Virus record (IMG/VR): IMGVR_UViG_3300042924_005659
Source of the DNA: a virus
Length of the DNA stretch: 64,000 nt
Strand: one strand, 5' to 3'
Shown here: in pieces, positions 19,787 to 30,012 of the stretch
Layout of the letters: the number at the start of each line of letters is the position of its first letter
Numbering within the stretch: the stretch's first letter is position 1
Program-made: the position numbers and the translations under genes
The notes under the pieces: generated by a model
What the model was told of the DNA's origin: nothing
Database searches by the model: none
Seen by the model: the letters and a program-made list of their open reading frames with translations, nothing else

Positions 19787-22731
19787 TATGCACTCACCTT
19801 CGTATCAAGGCTCTTTAGAGATTCTGCGGTAGAGCTCATCGAGCTTGCCATCAGTCTATTGACTGCCAGGAGATCGACCATAGTCTTAGCAGAAGTCAGT
19901 GTTGCTTTTTGCGCTTCATCCGTCTGCTTCTGCTGCTCAGTCATCTTCTCCCGCTCGACCTTGTCTTTGTTCATTATGTCCCGCTCTACCTCAGTTCGAA
20001 GCGTCTCTATCTTCTTGGCTCGTTCGGCGGGATCCTTTGTTTCCAAGATTTGATTAAAGGCAGTCATGTCTGCCTTCTGGCGCTCAAGAATCTGTAGTCT
20101 GGCGGTATCTCCCGAGCTCTTTGCCGCAGCTAAATCTGAGTCTATATTGGCCAACGACTCCTGAACGGCCTTTCTCATGCCGGGATCGGTAACTCCGCTG
20201 GCGGACTGTAGTAGCTCAGTGAATGAGAAGCCGTCCTGATCGACTGCGGTCTCTGCCTCTTGTTGAGACATTCCGCCCTTTACCTTTTCCGCTATCTTGC
20301 TGTCTCGTATCTGCTTAAGGCCTTGGGATAACACATTCTGCATGCTGCTATCCGACTTGAATACGTCATTCAGCATTCTCTGATTCTCAGTAATAGCAGT
20401 AGCGGTTATCTCCATGCTGGTCATTCCGCCATTTCTAGCACGCTCCGCCTCTTCGGCTTGGCGTATGCGTGCAGTGCGCATAGTTCCCTTGTCGGAAGCT
20501 AAGCCGAAACGATCCATGCGCTCGCCAAGATTGGACAGCATGGCGTTCTTGACCTCAGGTCTTAATGCCCCAGAGGTCTCCAGCTTGTTCAAGAGATCTA
20601 CTCTGGCCTGCTGGCTGTCCAGCTTATTAAAGGCAGCTGCAAACTGAGTAAAGTCCATGGCCTTGATCTGATCGGCAGTCATTCCAAATGCCGACATCAG
20701 CTCAGAGCCGCCTGCCGTGGTCATGTCGGCAACTACCTTCTCTATGTCCACACCTTGTTCGGTAAAGGCGCGCTTTACGGCTCCGGTAACGCTTACGTTC
20801 TCGTTTTGCGCATAGAACCTATTGATATCGTTCATCGACATGGACATTCCTGCAGCCACGGCTTCTCGACCGGTAAATGCCGCCAGGTTTATTCCCTGCT
20901 TGCTGGCCAACAGCTGATTGACCGCCCCTGGATCAATGTCTCGCCCGGCACGGAAGTCATTTACAAAAGATTGAATCTCCTGCTCGGAGACTACGCCGGC
21001 ATTTCTAGCCAACTGCAACGAGGCAAACGCCTGTACAGACGGATTCTCCATTCCCTTCGCAGCGATGTCTCTCGATAATGCCAAAGCTTGATCCATAGTC
21101 ATAGGCGTTCCCATGGTTCTGGATAGAGCTACACGAGACATGGCGGCCGTGCCCATTGCGATTCCTGCCGATCCTCCCAGGCCCATGTCCTGAGCTAGCT
21201 GCGCTGCAGTCTGCAATACGGCCATGGATCCACGGGCATCTTGTCCTGCGAACCTGCCTATTTGAACCGCCTGCTCAACTTGCTGCATCATGGAAGCTCC
21301 AGCCTTTCGCTGAGCCTCGGCCTGCAGGAATTCCTCAGTACGGGCATCCACAGGTCCGGTAAATCCTGCCTTTAGTCTGGAGAATTCCCGGCCTGCGGCA
21401 TTAGCCAGCTCCTCGCCAAATCTTCCACCATAAATGCTCTGCATGGACTGAGTTATCTCATTAACCTGCATGCCCATGCGCTTACCGGCCTCTACGACGG
21501 CGCTAAAGCCTTCAAGCTGTCGTGCTATGCCGTCTTCTAGTCTCTTTACGTCTTCTGGCTTTATGGCACCAAAGAGATCTACTCCACTTGAGCTAAGCAG
21601 CCCAGAACGAGTAAGCTCCTGCATTAGCTGCCCGGACTTGCTTGCACCCATTCTACGCAGACCGGAATATGGACCACCTTCGGATTCAAGTTGAGAGGTA
21701 AGTCCTGCGGCGATGCGATCCAACGTGAATACACGTTTGCCGTTTTCCTCAAAGGTAGCCGTTCCCAAAGCGCCCATCATTGAGAGAGATTGTGTTGCCG
21801 CTGAGGTAAACTGCATTGGATTTCTATCCAATCCAGTAATCCCCATCAACATGTCGCCAAGGCCGGCCATCGCTCCTGCTTCGGCGCCGCCCATGGTTCC
21901 TGCTGGAATCATCGACGATACTGTCATGGCAAGATTGCCAAGATTTGCGGCATTTGTAGCCGTGTTAAGTATGGTCTGCGCTTTGCGCTTTAATGCAGGA
22001 TTGTTATTAAGCAGCTCATTCGCTTTCTTGGCTGCCTCGGGAGTGTTCTGTCTTGCCAGCTCCATTAGCGGCTGAAGCTCAGGATCAGCTATGCTCTGAC
22101 CTGTTGCCGCAGTGAACAGATCGAATACGCCTTTGAAGCGAGATCCCTCGCCAGACAAAGCATTTACATTGGCCAGCTGTACTCCTAGATTGTAGCCTTC
22201 GCCCTGCTGTTCAAATCTCTGTAGCGGGACTCCGAAATTAGTATTGGAGTACTTTAAGTATTCTCGAGTCTGCGCAAGCTCTTCGTTGTACAGATCTATG
22301 GCGGCTTGGCTTGAAAAGTCGGCAGGCATGCTGAGAGCACGAGGAATGGACTTGCCTAATCGTCCTTGCAGTTGCGCATACATGAACGCTCCTGCATCTC
22401 CTCCGCCGATTGGCATGGAAGACATCATGGACGACACCGCGCCTGATATAGGTCCGAACATTCCTCGTAAGCCAGGAGAAGTGACCAGTCCTCCGGCCAT
22501 CTGAGTCATGGCGCCGGCCTCTGGCCCAAACATAGACCCTACAATATTGCTAAATTGTCCAAACATTGTTGGACTCGTAAATGGCTGCGGACCAAGATAA
22601 GTCGTATTGGCCAATGGCACATTGCTACCAGACATTTGCATATTTGCCTGGAGTTGGCTGGCAATTTGAGCCATCATGGCTCTATTTTGCAGCTGATATG
22701 CCTGCAGAGGATTTGAGAAGGGATCGTTCAT
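19786..22731 (-). CDS. Tail tape measure protein
   Basis: 981 aa, helical, Ala/Gly/Gln/Met-rich; directly downstream of the chaperone pair with the slippery site. Confidence 0.8.
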   Translation of the reverse strand: MNDPFSNPLQAYQLQNRAMMAQIASQLQANMQMSGSNVPLANTTYLGPQPFTSPTMFGQFSNIVGSMFGPEAGAMTQMAGGLVTSPGLRGMFGPISGAVSSMMSSMPIGGGDAGAFMYAQLQGRLGKSIPRALSMPADFSSQAAIDLYNEELAQTREYLKYSNTNFGVPLQRFEQQGEGYNLGVQLANVNALSGEGSRFKGVFDLFTAATGQSIADPELQPLMELARQNTPEAAKKANELLNNNPALKRKAQTILNTATNAANLGNLAMTVSSMIPAGTMGGAEAGAMAGLGDMLMGITGLDRNPMQFTSAATQSLSMMGALGTATFEENGKRVFTLDRIAAGLTSQLESEGGPYSGLRRMGASKSGQLMQELTRSGLLSSSGVDLFGAIKPEDVKRLEDGIARQLEGFSAVVEAGKRMGMQVNEITQSMQSIYGGRFGEELANAAGREFSRLKAGFTGPVDARTEEFLQAEAQRKAGASMMQQVEQAVQIGRFAGQDARGSMAVLQTAAQLAQDMGLGGSAGIAMGTAAMSRVALSRTMGTPMTMDQALALSRDIAAKGMENPSVQAFASLQLARNAGVVSEQEIQSFVNDFRAGRDIDPGAVNQLLASKQGINLAAFTGREAVAAGMSMSMNDINRFYAQNENVSVTGAVKRAFTEQGVDIEKVVADMTTAGGSELMSAFGMTADQIKAMDFTQFAAAFNKLDSQQARVDLLNKLETSGALRPEVKNAMLSNLGERMDRFGLASDKGTMRTARIRQAEEAERARNGGMTSMEITATAITENQRMLNDVFKSDSSMQNVLSQGLKQIRDSKIAEKVKGGMSQQEAETAVDQDGFSFTELLQSASGVTDPGMRKAVQESLANIDSDLAAAKSSGDTARLQILERQKADMTAFNQILETKDPAERAKKIETLRTEVERDIMNKDKVEREKMTEQQKQTDEAQKATLTSAKTMVDLLAVNRLMASSMSSTAESLKSLDTKVSA

Positions 22732-22738
22732 AGATACG

Positions 22739-23092
22739 CTATTCGTCTATTTTACCAAAAAGCGCCTTCCACTCTTCATAAAGCTCCTCGTTAGTCTGCT
22801 GCTGTTTGCGAATAGTCAGATCTATTGAATAATCCACCTTGTCCAGGTATTCAGACGTAGCCGTGTTTAATGGCTCCAGGGGGCTTTCGTAGATGCCCGC
22901 AGCTACTATCGCCCGTCTGTTGTCCAATACGACTGCAGCCAATTCTCGCTGCCTTAGATAGGATCTAAAGGCCAATAAAACATTCTCTCTGGCTACTCCC
23001 AAAACGCTGCCATCTGGTGCATGGCTATAAAGAGCATTTTGATATGCGTCAAGAATCAGTAGGGACCATCGGCCCCATTTGGAAAAAAATTT
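22739..23092 (-). CDS. -1 frame C-terminal segment of the tail assembly chaperone (GT-like frameshift product)
   Basis: The frame of the 22739..23002 ORF stays open upstream through the slippery site (FSKWGRWSLLILDAYQNALYSHAPDGSVLGVAREN...) and has no in-frame ATG near the overlap. Confidence 0.7.
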   Translation of the reverse strand, partial: KFFSKWGRWSLLILDAYQNALYSHAPDGSVLGVARENVLLAFRSYLRQRELAAVVLDNRRAIVAAGIYESPLEPLNTATSEYLDKVDYSIDLTIRKQQQTNEELYEEWKALFGKIDE

Positions 23093-23847
23093 GCATCCGC
23101 TGTCTCCTTGGTCATCTGCAGGACTTCCGAGTCGAATCTTTGATACTTCTCGAAAAGTACGTTATATAGAGGAGTGCTTATGTCTGCAAATTTATCTACG
23201 GCAGCCCAAAGTACTTTTTGTCCAGGAGAGCCGTATACCGAGGCCTCCTTCTTCTGCATGTTTCCTGCGGAGTCCTTAACAAAGAAAGTTTCTTTTTTAG
23301 GTACGCTAGGATACATATCGAAGACGTTTGAATATGACTTGAGGTTAATGCCGTCCTCAGAATCAAACTGAAGTTCGCACAAAGATACAGCTAGGCAGAA
23401 CCTCATGTGCGCTCCTGCCAAAGCCATCATGGAGGAGTAAGGTACTCTACCGCTTTGAATTACAATTGCTTCAGATACAGCATCGAGCTCTGAAGTCGAC
23501 AGTGTCTTAAATGTAGCTTTAACCTTGCCGCCAAATAACTCAAATGTACGACGGTATGCCTTATTCGACACTACAGACTTAAGAAACTTTATCTTCTCTT
23601 CCTCAGGAATGACTAAATCCGGCTCGGGCACCTTTGCACCCTGCTGAAGATTTTCATTTAGCTGCTTTATATTTTCACTTAAGTCTTCAATCTTCTGCTG
23701 AGCCTGCTTAGCAGACTGACGCATATCTGGAGGTAAATCATCCTCTGCCACAGGGGCTACCTGCTCTGGTGGAGCATCAGCCTCAACTAGGTTTCCCGCC
23801 TCGTCTGCCTTATAGATCTTACCTGGCTTTAGGGCCTTGAAGTCCAT
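23056..23847 (-). CDS. Tail assembly chaperone (G-like)
   Basis: Upstream of the tape measure; ends ...ADANFFPNGADGPY with a slippery run 10 codons before the stop; 'FELFGGKVKATFKTLSTSE' is a chaperone-like core. Confidence 0.75.
   Translation of the reverse strand: MDFKALKPGKIYKADEAGNLVEADAPPEQVAPVAEDDLPPDMRQSAKQAQQKIEDLSENIKQLNENLQQGAKVPEPDLVIPEEEKIKFLKSVVSNKAYRRTFELFGGKVKATFKTLSTSELDAVSEAIVIQSGRVPYSSMMALAGAHMRFCLAVSLCELQFDSEDGINLKSYSNVFDMYPSVPKKETFFVKDSAGNMQKKEASVYGSPGQKVLWAAVDKFADISTPLYNVLFEKYQRFDSEVLQMTKETADANFFPNGADGPY
23083..23092 (-). promoter_or_regulatory. Programmed -1 ribosomal frameshift site (A AAU UUU / U UUU UUU)
   Basis: Minus-strand GCA AAT TTT TTT CCA contains two overlapping X XXY YYZ heptamers in frame; the -1 frame is open to 22739 and the +1 frame stops within 15 codons. 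Confidence 0.75.
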
Positions 23848-23849
23848 GT

Positions 23850-26576
23850 TTATTCCTTGGTTCTAATTTTATTCTCAGCGATAATGGTGTAGTTGCCCTC
23901 AAAGCTTTGGGCTTGACTACTTAGAGTTACAGGCTTATCGAAGCCATCCTTCTTGAATCTTAGCTTGTCGTCGACAAAGCGCGAATCGGGATTCATTTTT
24001 CCAAACTTTTCCAGCAGAGCTGTTGTGCCTGGCCAGAAGTAGCTACGATCTGCCCCAATTCCTGGAGTGGCAGCTCCTGAGGGCTTCGTAGGATCAACGC
24101 CCTTGAAGATCATTGGCTTGCCTACGCCTTGAGCACGATAGGTCTGCTGCCAATCACTTTCAAACATTACAAATTGAGTGTCATCCGGAATGCCCCGCAA
24201 CTCAGAGCCTGGGTAGCAGAAGGTGAGGTTCTTGAGAGAGCTAGACGTCGTACCTACTACCGACAAGTCTACCTGCTCCTGCATTTCCTGTTGGCTCTGT
24301 ACGTAATCTTGAATGCCGTCAGATTGATCTGAAATAGCGGTTTGAATGGTCTTTACGTATTCCTGTAGAGTGGAGTCCTCCAGCTTTCCTATTTGAGTAC
24401 TTACTCCAGCATAGGAGCTAGAGGTCATGCCTCTTGAGAATACGCCGGAGCCCTTCACCAGGAACTGCATGTCTCTGTCTTTTCCGGAGGCCAGCAGGCT
24501 ATTTCCCTGCATGAAGAATCCGCCTGCAGTCTGCATTCCGACTCCGCTGCTTGTAAGCAAAAAGTTGGTGCTTGCATCAGGGTTGTCGACATTTGTTACA
24601 AACAGCACTTGCTCAGACAGAGATATGCTTCGAGATCCCTTGGTGACTATGTCTGCCTTTCCAGAGTCTACATACACTCTACAGTTGTTAGTTTGATTGC
24701 CTATATAGACCTCTGAGGCTACGCTACAAACGCTGGATTTAGGCGCCTTAAACCAAATACCTTTATAGGTATTGCTGTTGTTATTGGGATCCTTGAAGGT
24801 CTCGTCGTCCTCCTGGAAGACGTTTGTGGCCTCCGCCTTGGACTCAAGTAGAATGCCTCCTGCTCCGTCGTTACCTGCCAGAACTGACACGTTGCGATCG
24901 GCGTGAAGCCGTATGTCGCCAATATTGGCACTTAGCTCAACGTCCGTTCCAGCTATATGAGACACGGTGTCTCCAGCCATCGACACCACGTTTCTACCTG
25001 CTCGCAAGGTGATGTCTCCTGGGCAGGATATATCTATGGATCCCGCACGCATACTTATTGTGGAGCCGTAGCCGTCCTGAAGATGAATAGACCCATCTTC
25101 GTGCATCATTATCATTGCGCGGGATGCAAAGTACTTAGCCTCTTCACGAGCATTGATCTGCAGCTTGCCCAGCTGAGGAAGCTTTGCAAACATTCGTTCG
25201 GAGCTAACGCCATTAGAGGCAGACACAAATCCTGAGCCATCTATCGTGGTCCTGAAGTTCGCTAAGTCTATTTCGTCTATATCCTTAAACGTCCAGTCAT
25301 TGGTGCGCTCTTTAAAATTAAGAGTCGCCCTATGATTCTTGAATGCCGCAAGGTCGGAGCTGGCGGCTGTATACAACAAAGATGCGTGCGGCAGCTCTTC
25401 TTCAATGCCGGTAATAACTGCGTCTGCTGCATTGACCTCATTTTCAGATCTTGCCTGCTCAGCCGTCTCGGCGTCGTCTCCACGACTGTCGTCGGGGCGA
25501 TATTGCTCTCTGGGAACAGGAATGAGGCAGTCTTTTATAAACGCAATAGACTTGGCAGAAACTACCGTGTAGGCTCCGGAGGTATCCACGTGCTCTCTGA
25601 ATACTCCGTTTTCATCCTGTTCATCGGAGGCAGTAGCGAGCCGTACTGATTCAAGCTTTGGCACCGTTACAAAGCTAAGTTTGAGATTTCCTAAGTAACC
25701 CTCGAATTCAGAGTAGCGCCACCAGCCTATCTGATCGACCTCCTGAGGCTTGTACGTGCCTGTAATCGCTTCCTTGCCTGGATAGGAGGATCTGTCTGTA
25801 GCGTCGGCTTTAGGTGCTTCTCCGTATTGTTCGGTTCCACCCAAAGACTCTATGACATAGGGATTAAGTCTGCGGACCTCGGTATAGTCTCCTACATCGG
25901 CAAATTTAAGAACTTCGGAACCAGCCGTATTCTGCTCATAATTAAATGCACTGACTCTTACCAAGGAGTCCAGGTAGTGGCACTCCACAGAGCAGTCCAG
26001 TCCGGATACAAGGGATGCGTGCAGTGCACCTACAAAAAGTCCGCAACCAAAGGAATTAAGTACTGTCGTATCTCCAGGATACGCATCAATAGGTTTACCT
26101 GCATTAAAGTTATGGAAGACGCAGTTAAGAGGCCCAGTGTCTGATATGTCGTCTCTGAAGCTGCCTACAGGCGAATTCGCAATGAGCTCCGGACTACCTA
26201 GGGAATTGCTCTCTCCTAAGTATGAAGATATACCTCCCAGAATTACAGCCTGGTTTACTCCAAGCGCTGGAGTAGTCATCGCTAAGACTCTACTGCCTAC
26301 GCCGTATAGAGAGCTGGTTCTAGTCGCAAAGCTATGAGTGCTGCCGGTGGGATCCAGGGCCACACCGACCATGTCTGGCATGCCAGCCACTCTAAGCCGG
26401 TAGCACTGCAACTGCTGGTTGACTTCCAATACAGTTGCTACGAACGTATAGTCGTTTAATAGCGACTTACTGACCAATTCGGAAACGCGCATAGGCTGGT
26501 CGTACTTAACCGAAGTTAAGGGTGAGCCTGCTGCCGCAGAAACTTTAGTGGAATTAGTAGTGAGTGGGGTGCTCAT
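23850..26576 (-). CDS. Baseplate central spike (T4 gp5 / P2 gpV / VgrG-like) with long extensions
   Basis: N-terminal OB-like ATVLEVNQQLQCYRLRV...GVGSRVL...AVILGGI; beta-helix repeats HEDGSIHLQDGYGSTISMRAGSIDISCPGDITLRAGRNVVSMAG. Confidence 0.7.
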   Translation of the reverse strand: MSTPLTTNSTKVSAAAGSPLTSVKYDQPMRVSELVSKSLLNDYTFVATVLEVNQQLQCYRLRVAGMPDMVGVALDPTGSTHSFATRTSSLYGVGSRVLAMTTPALGVNQAVILGGISSYLGESNSLGSPELIANSPVGSFRDDISDTGPLNCVFHNFNAGKPIDAYPGDTTVLNSFGCGLFVGALHASLVSGLDCSVECHYLDSLVRVSAFNYEQNTAGSEVLKFADVGDYTEVRRLNPYVIESLGGTEQYGEAPKADATDRSSYPGKEAITGTYKPQEVDQIGWWRYSEFEGYLGNLKLSFVTVPKLESVRLATASDEQDENGVFREHVDTSGAYTVVSAKSIAFIKDCLIPVPREQYRPDDSRGDDAETAEQARSENEVNAADAVITGIEEELPHASLLYTAASSDLAAFKNHRATLNFKERTNDWTFKDIDEIDLANFRTTIDGSGFVSASNGVSSERMFAKLPQLGKLQINAREEAKYFASRAMIMMHEDGSIHLQDGYGSTISMRAGSIDISCPGDITLRAGRNVVSMAGDTVSHIAGTDVELSANIGDIRLHADRNVSVLAGNDGAGGILLESKAEATNVFQEDDETFKDPNNNSNTYKGIWFKAPKSSVCSVASEVYIGNQTNNCRVYVDSGKADIVTKGSRSISLSEQVLFVTNVDNPDASTNFLLTSSGVGMQTAGGFFMQGNSLLASGKDRDMQFLVKGSGVFSRGMTSSSYAGVSTQIGKLEDSTLQEYVKTIQTAISDQSDGIQDYVQSQQEMQEQVDLSVVGTTSSSLKNLTFCYPGSELRGIPDDTQFVMFESDWQQTYRAQGVGKPMIFKGVDPTKPSGAATPGIGADRSYFWPGTTALLEKFGKMNPDSRFVDDKLRFKKDGFDKPVTLSSQAQSFEGNYTIIAENKIRTKE

Positions 26577-26583
26577 AAAAGTA

Positions 26584-26609
26584 ACTAGGCTCCGTTTCCG
26601 GAGCCTAGT
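26584..26609 (-). terminator. 11-bp GAAA-loop hairpin after the tail tube gene
   Basis: ACTAGGCTCCG-GAAA-CGGAGCCTAGT on the minus strand, followed by TACTTTT then ATG. Confidence 0.65.
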
Positions 26610-26642
26610 ATAGCGCTTATCTTTGGATTTACAAACTCTAGG

Positions 26643-27116
26643 TTAGGCCAGTTCCATAGTCGAGAAGATCATCTGGACGTTCTCTCCGATGATTGCTGTA
26701 TCGACGTTCATGGTAAGTCCAAACTGTGCAATAACAGGCTCTCTGATGGTAATTGTATTGGTGTCTACATCAGTCTTGTCACAGCCTGCTACGCCTGAAA
26801 GCTCAAGATTCTTACCCTTAACATTGCACACATTGCCAAAGGTAGTGTAGAAGCTCTTTACGATTCCCTTCGAGCCTACGATCTTACCCAGTGCGAGAGT
26901 ACCTGAGGCACGGCCGGCGATGTAATAAACATCGTCTGCCTTAGCAAGGTCGTAAACAAAGCTCACCTGCTGCTGATATGAGAGCTGGAGATTTTGAATT
27001 AAAAGTCCAGAGCTCTTACCATCAGCACCCAAAGAGGGAAAGGTTAAAGTAGCTTTATCGACGCTGAAGCCGCCTACTACGTTTCTAGGTGTTTTGCCGA
27101 AAATTTCTGTAGCCAT
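26643..27116 (-). CDS. Tail tube protein
   Basis: 157 aa immediately downstream of the sheath; LIQNLQLSYQQQV...YYIAGRASGTLALGKIVG. Confidence 0.8.
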   Translation of the reverse strand: MATEIFGKTPRNVVGGFSVDKATLTFPSLGADGKSSGLLIQNLQLSYQQQVSFVYDLAKADDVYYIAGRASGTLALGKIVGSKGIVKSFYTTFGNVCNVKGKNLELSGVAGCDKTDVDTNTITIREPVIAQFGLTMNVDTAIIGENVQMIFSTMELA

Positions 27117-27128
27117 CTATGGTTCCTT

Positions 27129-30005
27129 TTAGATTACGAGGGTGATGTCAATGATGTTCATTGGCAGCGGTACGCTGATTTGAATCTTGACGAGAAGCGT
27201 ATCCTGTGCGGTTGCTGGAACCGTGATAGAGACGATCTCGTAAGTCTTCAGCTGAGGACCTACTGTAATTGCACCATTGGTGGCGGCAAGAGTTCCGAGG
27301 GTCTGACGAATTGTGGCCTCGACGAGAGCCGTAGTCTCTTCCGTGATGTTTACACGGCCGACTAGGTTGCGAAGAGCGTCACCAAGCGTAAACGACACGG
27401 AGTCTACGTTGCAGGTTACCGACTGTTCCTTGCGATAAAGATCCAAGGTAGAAGTGCTGAGCTGACGCTCAGAGTAGATCTTGCCTTCGTTGGTATTACG
27501 AACTACCCAGATGCCTCCGTCGCGAAGAGTGTCCAGATCTGCCTCGCTGAAGAGCGGAGACGTGATGTTCAGGCCGTCGAAGCCAAGCAACTCTACGTTC
27601 GAGAGTGGCTGTTGTGGACGAGAGCCGGAACGAAGACCTGCGAATGCGCAGGCAACGTACCAGTTCTTTACCGAGGATCCGTCTACACGAAGTCCGTTAA
27701 CTCCACGATCTGGGACAACTGCGAATACGCGCTCTGAGCTGAAGCCGCCCGCAACAGCTACATACTTGGATGCAGCAGCTGCCGAAGTTAGATCGCGGAA
27801 GATCTCGATCTTAAAGTTGGAAATAGCTGGGTCTGTTGCAGAGCTGATTACGAGAGTGTCGTTATCAACTACTGCAAGCACCTTGTACTCAACGTAAGTC
27901 GTTCTACCGTAGGCATCAGTGTTAAACTTGGTGCGGACATAGTCACCGACCTGGACAGTTTCCGTAAACTTTGGAGCAACTGCGCCGCCCGACTCATTAA
28001 CGGCATTTACGTACCACTTGCCTGCAGCGAATACAGCACTGGTGCCGAAGATATTGACGCCGTTTGCGTCCTTATCCTGGATCTTGTTGTGGAGTTCGAT
28101 CTCCGGAGCAATCCACATGACGCGGAAGCGGCCGGTTGCAGGAGCAGACTCGTCTGTAACGTGGCCGACGAAGGCGTTCCAAATTTCGGACGAAGTGGTA
28201 AGTGGAACAAGGCCGTAGCAGTTGCGATTACCCTTGGCGAGAGACAAAGCGTCTGCAAAGCCACGAGTACCATTCAACGTCTGCGAGACGGTGGGGATGA
28301 AGTGCACTGTTGCGCCGTTGGCATTGGACCACGCCTTGTAGACACCATATGCCAGAGGATTGTCTGGGTGGATGGTACCGAGCTGAGTAGTGATGTCGGC
28401 CAGGGTATTGACCGAACCGACTTCGCGGGCAATGGCCTGGAATGCACGATACTGAAGGTAGAACTTACCTGCAGTGACATATGCATCGGTTTGACCGCTG
28501 TTTACGGCGGAGTCGCGAGTGATGAGAATGTTCTCTACCAGCAAGTTACGTGCATCAGAATCGGTTGGATTCTGCAAAGTCCAGTTTGGATTGACTCCGT
28601 TTGGTTGGTACTTACCGAGCTCAACAGTCTTCTTCTTGGAGAGTCTGAGGTGGGCTGGGGTAACTGACGAAGTAACCGCATCAGCAAAAACCAACTTATC
28701 TAGCACTGGGACGGATGCGCCAGTCACGGGAATCGTGAAGACGTCGCCACGAACAAAGCCCTTCTGTTGATTGGCTAGAGTGCCTCCTGCGCCACCAGCA
28801 ACTAAGGTTATTTTAAGACCGTAGCTGCCAATAGTGATATCTGCAGTCTGGCCGTTAAGGACAGTAAATGTGCTGGTTACGTCAGCGCCATTGTTTGTAG
28901 AGACCTGGAACTGAGGGGCATTTGTGGTGTTTTCGTTTGCAAAGCTACCACCCTTGATGCAGCTAAGGATGTAGGTGGTGTTTGGAGTGCTAGCAGAGAA
29001 GCCGCCGGCGACAGTGCCAACAGTTGCAAAAGTACCGCCTGCGCCTAGAGTCAACTTAGTGTGAGCAACAGTGATGCTGAAAGATACGGTTGCACCAACA
29101 AAAGCTGTGTTATTAGAGAAGGCGAGTGCAACTGTAGCCCCACTTGGCAGAGCAGTAGTCACACCGGTTGTTTTGCCTGTTCCCGTAGCGCTATCTAGTC
29201 CAGTGTCGGAAACTACTACGTAATCTACGGTCGTTGAAGTAACGGCCGTTACTGTGAGAGTATAGTTCGTTACAGTTCTACCAATAGATCTTGGATCTGC
29301 TGCATAAACAGTAGCTCCAGTGCCAGTTAGATAGGCTGCTCTACTTAGGGTAAAGTTAAATCCAGATACTCCTCCAATGCCGCTTTGGCTAGCGCCAGTT
29401 GCCGCACTAGATAACCCTTGGCTAGCCTCAGCGGCTATGTTATCCTTCTGAGTGCCTCCAGGCGTGCCAGACGAAGCACCAACTACAGTACCATCGAAAC
29501 CGGTTACGACCGAAGTGTGGGCCAGACCTGAAGAGCTATAGATCTGGACAATATCGCCAACGGCGACATCCTGCACCAAGTTTACGTTACGAACTGTGCT
29601 AGAGCCCTTCCAACCCTGAGTTGAAACGCTGGAAGAGATGCTATTGGTACCTGCTGAAAGCGCAGTAGCAGCAAAGTTATTAGATTGAGCTAACTGAGCG
29701 TAAGTAAGGTAAGCGTCTTCTACGAAAACCTTAGCATAATCGGCATCGAGCAATGAGGCATAGGCAATGCTGGGAATGGCGTAAGTGGTATCTGCAGTGA
29801 AGATACTTCTATCCGTACCGACATGGCTTGCGTCACTGCGCGTTGCTACAGTGGCGATAAAGCCAGAGGACTTCTCTGCGGCAACACCATAGCGAACTAG
29901 CTGGCAGCTAGGACCTACGATGCAGGCTCTGAGCTGCTGGGCCACGACATCAGGGGTAGCTTCAAATTCACGTCTAACGATTACGGCTGGTTTTGGGCTG
30001 GCCAT
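27129..30005 (-). CDS. Tail sheath protein with a large Ser/Thr/Gly-rich inserted domain
   Basis: C-terminal sheath motifs HPDNPLAYGVYKA, CAFAGLRSGSRPQQPLSNVELLG, DLDTLRDGGIWV, VTCNVDSVSF, VPLPMNIIDITLVI. Confidence 0.85.
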   Translation of the reverse strand: MASPKPAVIVRREFEATPDVVAQQLRACIVGPSCQLVRYGVAAEKSSGFIATVATRSDASHVGTDRSIFTADTTYAIPSIAYASLLDADYAKVFVEDAYLTYAQLAQSNNFAATALSAGTNSISSSVSTQGWKGSSTVRNVNLVQDVAVGDIVQIYSSSGLAHTSVVTGFDGTVVGASSGTPGGTQKDNIAAEASQGLSSAATGASQSGIGGVSGFNFTLSRAAYLTGTGATVYAADPRSIGRTVTNYTLTVTAVTSTTVDYVVVSDTGLDSATGTGKTTGVTTALPSGATVALAFSNNTAFVGATVSFSITVAHTKLTLGAGGTFATVGTVAGGFSASTPNTTYILSCIKGGSFANENTTNAPQFQVSTNNGADVTSTFTVLNGQTADITIGSYGLKITLVAGGAGGTLANQQKGFVRGDVFTIPVTGASVPVLDKLVFADAVTSSVTPAHLRLSKKKTVELGKYQPNGVNPNWTLQNPTDSDARNLLVENILITRDSAVNSGQTDAYVTAGKFYLQYRAFQAIAREVGSVNTLADITTQLGTIHPDNPLAYGVYKAWSNANGATVHFIPTVSQTLNGTRGFADALSLAKGNRNCYGLVPLTTSSEIWNAFVGHVTDESAPATGRFRVMWIAPEIELHNKIQDKDANGVNIFGTSAVFAAGKWYVNAVNESGGAVAPKFTETVQVGDYVRTKFNTDAYGRTTYVEYKVLAVVDNDTLVISSATDPAISNFKIEIFRDLTSAAAASKYVAVAGGFSSERVFAVVPDRGVNGLRVDGSSVKNWYVACAFAGLRSGSRPQQPLSNVELLGFDGLNITSPLFSEADLDTLRDGGIWVVRNTNEGKIYSERQLSTSTLDLYRKEQSVTCNVDSVSFTLGDALRNLVGRVNITEETTALVEATIRQTLGTLAATNGAITVGPQLKTYEIVSITVPATAQDTLLVKIQISVPLPMNIIDITLVI

Positions 30006-30012
30006 AGTTCGG

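Noticed and set aside
13550-30005. Extracellular contractile injection system / tailocin / T6SS interpretation
   Set aside because: The same operon continues into neck, major capsid, scaffold and protease genes, so this is a complete phage virion module.
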